Source: a virus
Taxonomy: Duplodnaviria; Caudoviricetes
Virus record (IMG/VR): IMGVR_UViG_3300030380_000755
Location: 1-62,335 of that record
DNA: 62,335 bases
Reading direction: 5' to 3' (one strand)
The translations under genes were made by a program, and so were the position numbers. The notes below the pieces were generated by a model. That model saw only the letters and a list, made by a program, of their open reading frames with translations. It had not been told where the DNA came from and did no database searches. Shown piece by piece: positions 37,094 through 43,941 of the stretch. Each line of letters opens with the position of its first letter. Position 1 is the first letter of the stretch.

Positions 37094-37299
37094 ACACGTG
37101 TGTCACGTGTCATTAGATCAATTGTTTTCATTGCAATTTTTATTTTTACTGCTCTAGCCGCTGCGTATGTATTTCCTCGTAGAGAATCTGGAATTACGAA
37201 ACTGTCCCCGACCTCCATCTTTTCAAGCGTTAAGCGTAACTCGCCTTTCTTATCTGCACCCCGTTCTGGGATTGGGATATTTTTTTCTATTTCAAACAT
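37078..37299 (-). CDS. Small putative DNA-binding protein
   Basis: IEKNIPIP, MEVGDSF, RVWR motifs. Confidence 0.7.
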   Translation of the reverse strand: MFEIEKNIPIPERGADKKGELRLTLEKMEVGDSFVIPDSLRGNTYAAARAVKIKIAMKTIDLMTRDTRVWRKE

Positions 37300-37311
37300 T
37301 ATCTTTTCTCC

Positions 37312-37329
37312 ATTTAGGGAATTCCCTAA
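37312..37329. promoter_or_regulatory. Palindrome copy 4
   Basis: atttagggaattccctaa directly before a GGAG SD. Confidence 0.8.
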
Positions 37330-38421
37330 TTACTTTTTATCCGCTGCAAACATGTAGTTGTTCTGCATTGCCCATGCGGTGAACTTCTTGTTCTTCATCA
37401 CCATTGACTGCTTACTGTACTTGGGTGCACGTACACCGTTGGCGAACATACCCTGTGCCTCCACGTCCAAACGTGGCATGTAGTCCATCCACGCGTTGAG
37501 CCAGTCAGCTTCGATAGATGCAAGCGTACGATAGACAACCATACAAATACCTGCGGCACTGTCAGGAACTTTGGCTTTCTTTGGCTCGTCCTTGATAGAC
37601 TGTAGACTTGGCAGTTGGTCAGACAGTTTCACAAACGCCATCAAGTCCATAGCACCACGGTCACCGATAGTACCCATCAGTAGAGCCGTTAGCGTCTGGT
37701 CATCGAACGCATGACGTTGGTGTAATATGTCAGACGCAGAGTGTAACGAGCGTGGGGTCACAAACGCAGTCCGCTGTTGCTTCGGATGAAATATGTATGG
37801 GTTCTCGTCAGGGTCTTTGATTTCCTCGAATGATGCGAACAGTTGAGGATTGTCCTTGCACCAACCAAGCAAGCTGTGGTCGATACCTTCGTTGATACCC
37901 CATTCGATCCACGCCATGTTGTCAGTCTTACGCACCTGTACCACGGACACACGGTTACGTGCATGTGGTGGTAACATGTCACCCACACCCTCGGACCCTT
38001 TGTTAGTCGTCGCATACACAATGCTGTCAGGATGCAGCTTGATGCTACCCACCGTACGTTCTTGCATGACGCGTAGTAGTGCGTTCTTAACGGCAGGGTT
38101 GGCCTTACCAAACTCGTCAATCATAACAATGATCGGCTTACCCAGATGCGCACCCAATTCTTCGTTGGGCACAAAGGTCACATAGCCTTGCTCGTTCATC
38201 ACTGCCATGTTGGGCAGGTTCAAGTCACCCAAGTCTTTTGTGGTACAATCAAAGTAACACGGTGTATGGGTGGGGAACAACTCCGCTAGCATGTGAATTG
38301 TTGAGGATTTACCATTACCGATGTCACCTTGCAGAAGTATGGTACGTTGAGTGCCCACCGCTGCGATTGCTTTGACACACTGGTCTAGGTTGAGGGCATA
38401 CATTTGTTGTGCATTGTTCAT
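37330..38421 (-). CDS. MoxR/CobS-like AAA+ ATPase
   Basis: Walker A GDIGNGKS, Walker B MIDE, ATTN, TPRS motifs. Confidence 0.88.
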   Translation of the reverse strand: MNNAQQMYALNLDQCVKAIAAVGTQRTILLQGDIGNGKSSTIHMLAELFPTHTPCYFDCTTKDLGDLNLPNMAVMNEQGYVTFVPNEELGAHLGKPIIVMIDEFGKANPAVKNALLRVMQERTVGSIKLHPDSIVYATTNKGSEGVGDMLPPHARNRVSVVQVRKTDNMAWIEWGINEGIDHSLLGWCKDNPQLFASFEEIKDPDENPYIFHPKQQRTAFVTPRSLHSASDILHQRHAFDDQTLTALLMGTIGDRGAMDLMAFVKLSDQLPSLQSIKDEPKKAKVPDSAAGICMVVYRTLASIEADWLNAWMDYMPRLDVEAQGMFANGVRAPKYSKQSMVMKNKKFTAWAMQNNYMFAADKK

Positions 38422-38438
38422 TTGTTCTTCTCCATTTT

Positions 38439-38456
38439 ATTTAGGGATTTCCCTAA
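38439..38456. promoter_or_regulatory. Palindrome copy 5
   Basis: atttagggatttccctaa before the AAA gene SD. Confidence 0.8.
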
Positions 38457-38460
38457 TTGA

Positions 38461-38565
38461 TTAATATCCAAAACCGTGGACGATAAATAATAGTGCGAGT
38501 GGGACGCCAAATACGCATAGCGCCCCGATTAGGTCTTTGAGAAAATTGCGGATACGTCCCTTCAT
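38461..38565 (-). CDS. 34-aa single-pass membrane peptide (not in ORF track)
   Basis: MKGRIRNFLKDLIGALCVFGVPLALLFIVHGFGY; AGGAG SD. Confidence 0.5.
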   Translation of the reverse strand: MKGRIRNFLKDLIGALCVFGVPLALLFIVHGFGY

Positions 38566-38699
38566 TCTTTCTCCTCTTCTGATAAAAACGAACGCAGGTT
38601 CTTTTCTGATACGTCACCAAGCAACTCCTCAATCGCGGTCATGTCACCTGCTTCCACATCTTTTTTGATTTGCTTCAAAACTTTATCAACCAATTCCAT
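38562..38699 (-). CDS. 45-aa hypothetical protein (not in ORF track)
   Basis: MELVDKVLKQIKKD...; start overlaps the upstream TAA. Confidence 0.55.
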   Translation of the reverse strand: MELVDKVLKQIKKDVEAGDMTAIEELLGDVSEKNLRSFLSEEEKE

Positions 38700-39619
38700 T
38701 ACATATCCAGACTTGGTAGTGCCGCGATAGCAGCGGTGATTTTGTTGCGCGTTTCTTCACGCAGCGATGGGCTGTTCTTGATCTGATCTAGGTTAATAGT
38801 ACGATCACCCGATATATGGAACGCCTGTTCCAACCGTTGCCGCATGGCTTCCATCTGACTATCTTGTGTGATGTTACATGTACGCAACATCTCGGTCAGC
38901 TCGACGGCTCGGTCAAACACACTGTCATACAGACGATTGCCTTTACCTTCCTCGTTCACATCCAGTTGACGTGCGAGTGTGGTTAAGTTGTCATACAGTT
39001 TTTGCCATAGGTCATTCATAGCAGCAGTGATACGTGTGGTGTATGTATCTGACGCACTTGCGCGTACCATGTTCAAGGCTTCGTGTGGTAAATCCAACAC
39101 CCAATTACCTGTGTTGCCACCATCTGGTAACTCATTATAGGATAAACGAAACGCAAACTTGCGCCGCACTGTCTCACTTGTTGGATACTCGTCACGATTA
39201 AACAGTGTACCTAGCTTGGCTTGGGCGTCCATCACCTTCCAATCATACACACCCATGAACTGCTCGACTAGACGCTCGAACTCTTGTTGTAGGTCGGTCA
39301 TCACTTCGTTGTATTTGAAATATTGTTGCGTGGTCAGCAATCGGGAGCCGTTGTCAGACCATGGCATTGTCATGCTGTAGTGCATGTTACGCACGTTGCC
39401 TGCAAACTTCTGTACTGCAATCAACTCGTCACAGTTACCCAACAGCTTCTTGCGTACATCGGCTACGCCTTTGTCGGCTTGTGCCAAACTTGTTACTTCG
39501 TTGGACGCTTTGAGGTCTTGCTTACGTGCAGTCCATACGGACGCGTTGAAGTCCACAGTCATTGCGGATGATGAAATGCTAGGCACTTCGATTTGTGGTA
39601 GTTCAAGAATATTATTCAT
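38699..39619 (-). CDS. DUF3150-like protein
   Basis: 306 aa helical protein; T.PW, LF...EYP....VR.KF motifs; usual neighbour of AAA/vWA genes. Confidence 0.6.
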   Translation of the reverse strand: MNNILELPQIEVPSISSSAMTVDFNASVWTARKQDLKASNEVTSLAQADKGVADVRKKLLGNCDELIAVQKFAGNVRNMHYSMTMPWSDNGSRLLTTQQYFKYNEVMTDLQQEFERLVEQFMGVYDWKVMDAQAKLGTLFNRDEYPTSETVRRKFAFRLSYNELPDGGNTGNWVLDLPHEALNMVRASASDTYTTRITAAMNDLWQKLYDNLTTLARQLDVNEEGKGNRLYDSVFDRAVELTEMLRTCNITQDSQMEAMRQRLEQAFHISGDRTINLDQIKNSPSLREETRNKITAAIAALPSLDM

Positions 39620-39635
39620 TATCTTTCTCCATTTG

Positions 39636-39653
39636 ATTTAGGGAATTCCCTAA
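39636..39653. promoter_or_regulatory. Palindrome copy 6
   Basis: atttagggaattccctaa before an SD. Confidence 0.8.
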
Positions 39654-39656
39654 TTG

Positions 39657-39872
39657 TTATCGGGTCTTCTGGTTTAGGTGTAGCAAGTCGTCCTTGCGTG
39701 TTACGAGCGTGTAACCTTGCTTGGGCAGTGGTACTGTGCACCAACTGGCACGTTGCTCTGCTGCTACTACATCACCACATGACATACAGTTTGGGTAGCC
39801 CAGTGCACGGCGTTTGGGTGAGAACGACTCTCCACACACGACACACTCAGCTTTGTGATTTCTACGCGACAT
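39657..39872 (-). CDS. C4 zinc-finger protein (DksA/TraR-like finger)
   Basis: CVVCGESFSPKRRALGYPNCMSC. Confidence 0.65.
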   Translation of the reverse strand: MSRRNHKAECVVCGESFSPKRRALGYPNCMSCGDVVAAEQRASWCTVPLPKQGYTLVTRKDDLLHLNQKTR

Positions 39873-39888
39873 TTTTGACCTCCGAATG

Positions 39889-39908
39889 ATTTAGGGATTT
39901 CCCTAAAT
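39889..39908. promoter_or_regulatory. Palindrome copy 7
   Basis: atttagggatttccctaaat before a GGAGG SD. Confidence 0.8.
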
Positions 39909-39972
39909 GAAAGTTGCTGTGAACAAGACACACGGGTGCCTCGGTAGCTAACATCGCGCTAACTACTCTGTA

Positions 39973-40001
39973 GTTATATCACATATATCAGGAAATGTCA
40001 A
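39973..40001 (-). promoter_or_regulatory. Strong sigma70-type early promoter
   Basis: TTGACA-17 nt-TATAAC on the minus strand, upstream of the leftward operon. Confidence 0.75.
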
Positions 40002-40070
40002 TACGTGTCAAAAACTATCGTATGAGGGGTAAACGTGGTAAGGGACGTAAAGGGACGTTGTGGGGGTCTG

Positions 40071-40308
40071 TAAGTCACTGATGTTAAACGAATGTTCCGA
40101 AGTTCTTTTGTTCCGTAAGGTATATGTCTGGATTTATAAAAGGTGTTTTACGCAGAAGGTGCCCTTCTTTACCCTTCAATAAAATCTTAATATATATACT
40201 TTTAAAAACGGAACAATGGAACATTCCTTTGTTTTCAATGCGTTAAGTACCATTTGCTACGGAACATGGACGGAACTTACGGAACATTCGTTTGTTTTCA
40301 AACACTTA
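40071..40308. other. Putative replication origin (opposed GGAAC iterons flanking an AT-rich core)
   Basis: 14-bp perfect inverted repeat at 40086-40099/40280-40293, multiple (C)GGAAC(A) units, AT-rich tract at 40178-40208. Confidence 0.5.
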
Positions 40309-40353
40309 GCATTTGCGAGACGCGAGGCGCTAGTGGGATACTGGTATCAAATG

Positions 40354-40372
40354 ATTTAGGGAAATCCCTAAA
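40354..40372. promoter_or_regulatory. Palindrome copy 8
   Basis: atttagggaaatccctaaa. Confidence 0.75.
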
Positions 40373-40454
40373 CGTGAGGGGTAATGCGCTAACCCCAACG
40401 TCCCGTAACATTTTATAGTGATGCGCGGCGCAACATAGGTACTGGTATCGGATA

Positions 40455-40474
40455 GTTTAGGGGTATCCCTAAAC
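40455..40474. promoter_or_regulatory. Palindrome copy 9
   Basis: gtttaggggtatccctaaac. Confidence 0.75.
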
Positions 40475-40499
40475 AAAAAAAGACCCGCCGAAGCGGGCC
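40475..40499 (-). terminator. Intrinsic terminator
   Basis: Minus strand: ggcccgc-ttcg-gcgggtc followed by T7. Confidence 0.8.
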
Positions 40500-40602
40500 A
40501 AGTCAGGCATTATGGTATGAGCCAGTGACAATGTATAACAAAATGAAACGAATTGCAACAAGTGATGCGCGGCGCAACTGGGATACTGGTATCAATAGGC
40601 AT

Positions 40603-40634
40603 AAAAAAATGGGGAAACCTTTCGGCCTCCCCGT
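40603..40634 (-). terminator. Intrinsic terminator
   Basis: Minus strand: ggggaggcc-gaaa-ggtttcccc followed by a T-tract. Confidence 0.8.
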
Positions 40635-40640
40635 AAGATG

Positions 40641-40811
40641 TTAGAACAACCATTCATCTAGGTCGTTATCTTCATATCCCGCCCATTCTGCGAGGGCACG
40701 ATTATCGCGTTTCTGTTTTGCTTTATCGACTATTGCCGCGACTAGGCTCCCAACTGGTTGCCATGTATTTGGTTCTTGATCTAATATTTTTTTGGTATCA
40801 TCGTCTGACAT
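40641..40811 (-). CDS. 56-aa acidic early protein (not in ORF track)
   Basis: MSDDDTKKILDQEP...DLDEWLF; GGAGG SD, palindrome upstream, terminator downstream. Confidence 0.65.
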   Translation of the reverse strand: MSDDDTKKILDQEPNTWQPVGSLVAAIVDKAKQKRDNRALAEWAGYEDNDLDEWLF

Positions 40812-40830
40812 TTTATTTCCTCCGAGATTG

Positions 40831-40848
40831 TTTAGGGAATTCCCTAAA
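40831..40848. promoter_or_regulatory. Palindrome copy 10
   Basis: tttagggaattccctaaa before an SD. Confidence 0.8.
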
Positions 40849-40849
40849 T

Positions 40850-40878
40850 GAAATAGGGAGGCCTCTCGACCTCCCTGT
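40850..40878 (-). terminator. Probable terminator hairpin
   Basis: Minus strand: agggaggtc-gaga-ggcctccct followed by atttcattt. Confidence 0.6.
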
Positions 40879-40884
40879 AAGATG

Positions 40885-41424
40885 TTATCGCTTGATTGAT
40901 AAGGTTTCGAATACTGTTAAAACCGCCTTACGTGTAGGCACGTAATCATTACCAAGGTCATCTTTATTTTTCTCAACCCAATTCTTAAGATTGGTTATGA
41001 GTTGATTGCGCATTTCAATGGTAGTCAGTGACTTGGTTTCTTTTACTGTGGCCTCGCCATTTTCTACACTCTCAATCTTGCCTAGGTTGCCACCAGTGTC
41101 ATTAAACACTTTTGGCGCTTGGCGTAACATCAAAGCATTTTTCAAATCTTTGATCGCCGATCCTATTGCCATGGAATCATGGTCGCGCTTTTTAGCTTTT
41201 AATATACTCTCAAATAATTCTTTGAGCTGAGTATATCCCTCTGCGCTAGTAGTCGATTTACCAGACGCAAGGTTATTCTTGGTCGGTGATACCGCGTCGG
41301 TCCAGCGCATATGCTTTGCCACATTGTCAATGTGGGTTTCAAATTTAGCCTCGCCGTTAAGCTTAGAATTCCAAGCTTCTTTGATTGATTTAAGCGCAGT
41401 AGTGTTATTAAGAATATTTGACAT
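40885..41424 (-). CDS. Hypothetical protein, first gene of the early arm
   Basis: 179 aa, GGAGG SD. Confidence 0.75.
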   Translation of the reverse strand: MSNILNNTTALKSIKEAWNSKLNGEAKFETHIDNVAKHMRWTDAVSPTKNNLASGKSTTSAEGYTQLKELFESILKAKKRDHDSMAIGSAIKDLKNALMLRQAPKVFNDTGGNLGKIESVENGEATVKETKSLTTIEMRNQLITNLKNWVEKNKDDLGNDYVPTRKAVLTVFETLSIKR

Positions 41425-41563
41425 TGTTATGCCTCCATATAGTTAGACTTATTTTCGCCTTGTGGCCGTGCTAACAATTACTTTATGCCATGTTATAACG
41501 TGTTATACAATAGATAGAACCGCATTATATGACACCATATAGCATTATATGTTATTAAATACC

Positions 41564-41583
41564 ATTTAGGGACTTCCCTAAAT
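41564..41583. promoter_or_regulatory. Palindrome copy 11
   Basis: atttagggacttccctaaat. Confidence 0.75.
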
Positions 41584-41731
41584 CATGCCCTACGCAACAC
41601 CACCCCCCTACCACCCCCCGCCGCATAGCTAGGGACTCCACATATACATATACATACTATTATGGATAAACTTATAGCTAATTTTTGGTTACCCCCGTCA
41701 CAGGATACCCCCCACCTCTTTTTCAAAACCC

Positions 41732-41760
41732 TTGTCAAAAAATTTTTTGTGCCCTATTAT
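41732..41760 (+). promoter_or_regulatory. Putative promoter for the packaging/late operon
   Basis: TTGTCA-17 nt-TATTAT. Confidence 0.55.
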
Positions 41761-41791
41761 TACGTTATCGGTTACCAACCTGCGATGTACT

Positions 41792-42388
41792 ATGACAATA
41801 AATGCTGTTCCAGAGATGGGAATACCCCTAGAGGATGAGGTAAAGCACATATCTTTACCAGAACGTGCGGCTGCGCTGGATAAAACTATTGACGAACTAG
41901 AAAAGTACGGCGCGGACCTTGAACCTGATGAGGTAGATAAGGAAGTAGCTGCTACATTAGCCACTGCATATGCTCAAGACCCCGACAAAACATCCAAGAA
42001 GGTGACGCATAAGCGTGCAGCGGCCCTAACACCTGCTTCTGTGCGCTTAACAAACAATATAATAGATGAATTTAACCATTCTGTAGTAGAATCTGCCAAG
42101 CAACTGCGCAATTTAGTGACTAATAAGCTCATTATTGAGAGCGAAAACCCTGATCCAAGGGTACGTATGCGTGCATTAGAGCTTCTTGGTAAAATATCAG
42201 ACGTAGGATTGTTTACTGAGAAGTCCGAAGTAACGATCACCCACCAAACAACCGACGATATTAAGGAAAGACTACGTGGCAAGCTTGCAAAACTTGTAAA
42301 TCCACACCCAGAAGTAGAGGAGGCCACAATTATAGAGTCTCATCTACTAGATACGGACAAAGAATTTGGGTTTGACGACGATGACTGA
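41792..42388 (+). CDS. Probable terminase small subunit
   Basis: R.RALELLGK...VGLFTEKSE motif; directly upstream of TerL; start reassigned to ATG 41792. Confidence 0.65.
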   Translation: MTINAVPEMGIPLEDEVKHISLPERAAALDKTIDELEKYGADLEPDEVDKEVAATLATAYAQDPDKTSKKVTHKRAAALTPASVRLTNNIIDEFNHSVVESAKQLRNLVTNKLIIESENPDPRVRMRALELLGKISDVGLFTEKSEVTITHQTTDDIKERLRGKLAKLVNPHPEVEEATIIESHLLDTDKEFGFDDDD

Positions 42389-43931
42389 GGTTCTGGACTT
42401 CGATGAGGCTGATATTGAGGTCATGTTATCCAATTTGGACGCGTTTAGCGATGAAGAAGTGGCCGAAATTGATCGAATGGTGGACGAATTGCATAATCGG
42501 ACGGTCAATAGAGCCGCGTATGACGATTTGATAGAGTTTTGTAAGTTGATGATGCCTGATTTCATAGTTGGTAAGCATCATCGCATACTGGCTAACATGT
42601 TAATGGGTATTGAGAAGGGTGATAAGGACAGAGTTTGCGTGAATATACCCCCCAGACACGGCAAGTCTCAACTTGTTTCTATCTTCTATCCAGCGTGGTT
42701 TTTGGGACGAAATCCCGGCAAAAAAGTAATGATGGTGTCTCATACCACGGACCTCGCGGTGGATTTTGGGCGGAAAGTGCGTAACCTTATTGCTACAGAA
42801 CAGTACAGGTCGATATTTCCTACTGTGCAACTAGCACAGGATAGTAAGTCAGCAGGGCGATGGAACACAAACGTAGGGGGTGAATACTATGCGTGCGGTA
42901 TTGGGTCTGCTCTTGCTGGGCGGGGCGCTGATCTCCTTTTGGTTGATGACCCCCACTCTGAACAAGATGTCATTAACGGAAACTTCGAGGTCTTCGAGAA
43001 AGCCTACGAATGGTTCACCTTCGGTGCGCGAACACGATTAATGCCGGGCGGTAGGGTTGCAATAATCCAGACCCGTTGGCACATGGATGACCTGACGGGA
43101 CGTGTCGTACGAGACATGGTGCAAAACGAACGGTCAGATCAATATGAGGTAGTCGAGTTTCCCGCTATACTAGATGTAGTAAGTAAGAAGACGAAGAAGG
43201 AAATACAAAAACCATTATGGCCTGAGTTCTTTGATTTAGAGGCACTGTTACGTACCAAGGCGTCGATGCCTACATTTCAGTGGAACGCGCAGTATCAGCA
43301 ACAACCTACGGCGGAAGAAGCCGCTATTGTAAAGCGTGAGTGGTGGCAGACATGGGCACATGAAACACCGCCATCCTGTGAATATATTATAATGTCTCTT
43401 GACGCAGCAGCCGAGAAACATAACCGCGCAGACTACACAGCGCTTACCACATGGGGTGTTTTCTTGAACGAAGAAACCAACGCGTACAATATTATATTGT
43501 TAAATAGCATAAAACAGCGTATGGAGTTCCCAGAGCTTAAACAGCTTGCTATGGATGAGTATATGGACTGGGAGCCAGATTCGTTTATAGTGGAGAAGAA
43601 AAGCTCTGGCGTAGCCCTGTACCAAGAAATGCGGCGCATGGGCCTGCCTATATCAGAGTATACCCCACATAGGGGGTCTGGGGATAAGACGGCACGCCTC
43701 AACTCTGTAGCGGACATAATTGCGTCCGAGCTTGTATGGGTGCCGCAGACACGGTGGGCAGAAGAAGTAGTGGAAGAGATTGCAGGATTTCCGTTTATGA
43801 GTAATGATGACCTCGTGGATTCGACGGTTATGGCTCTTATGCGGTTCAGGCAAGGTGGCTTTATCCGACTACCCACTGATGAACCAGAAGAACCCCGATA
43901 CTGGAAACAGCGCAGCGGCGGATATTATTAA
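42381..43931 (+). CDS. terL: Terminase large subunit
   Basis: PPRHGKS Walker A, LLVDDP Walker B, QTRWH, SLD.A nuclease motif, FP....DD.VDS. Confidence 0.95.
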   Translation: MTEVLDFDEADIEVMLSNLDAFSDEEVAEIDRMVDELHNRTVNRAAYDDLIEFCKLMMPDFIVGKHHRILANMLMGIEKGDKDRVCVNIPPRHGKSQLVSIFYPAWFLGRNPGKKVMMVSHTTDLAVDFGRKVRNLIATEQYRSIFPTVQLAQDSKSAGRWNTNVGGEYYACGIGSALAGRGADLLLVDDPHSEQDVINGNFEVFEKAYEWFTFGARTRLMPGGRVAIIQTRWHMDDLTGRVVRDMVQNERSDQYEVVEFPAILDVVSKKTKKEIQKPLWPEFFDLEALLRTKASMPTFQWNAQYQQQPTAEEAAIVKREWWQTWAHETPPSCEYIIMSLDAAAEKHNRADYTALTTWGVFLNEETNAYNIILLNSIKQRMEFPELKQLAMDEYMDWEPDSFIVEKKSSGVALYQEMRRMGLPISEYTPHRGSGDKTARLNSVADIIASELVWVPQTRWAEEVVEEIAGFPFMSNDDLVDSTVMALMRFRQGGFIRLPTDEPEEPRYWKQRSGGYY

Positions 43932-43941
43932 GAGGTAAGCT

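Larger units (their letters stand above)
40317..40595 (+). repeat. Three degenerate ~33-bp direct repeats ending TACTGGTATC
   Basis: agtgatgcgcggcgcaac is identical at 40417 and 40561; TACTGGTATC at 40339, 40440 and 40584. Confidence 0.8.

Noticed and set aside
40317-40595. Repeat block as a mini CRISPR array
   Set aside because: Repeats are degenerate, periods are unequal (about 100 and 144 nt), the intervening DNA contains palindromes and terminators, and there are no cas1/cas2 genes.
27889-41583. TTTAGGG/CCCTAAA as telomeric repeats
   Set aside because: They occur as single inverted pairs in intergenic DNA, not as tandem arrays; the match to plant telomere repeats is most likely coincidental.
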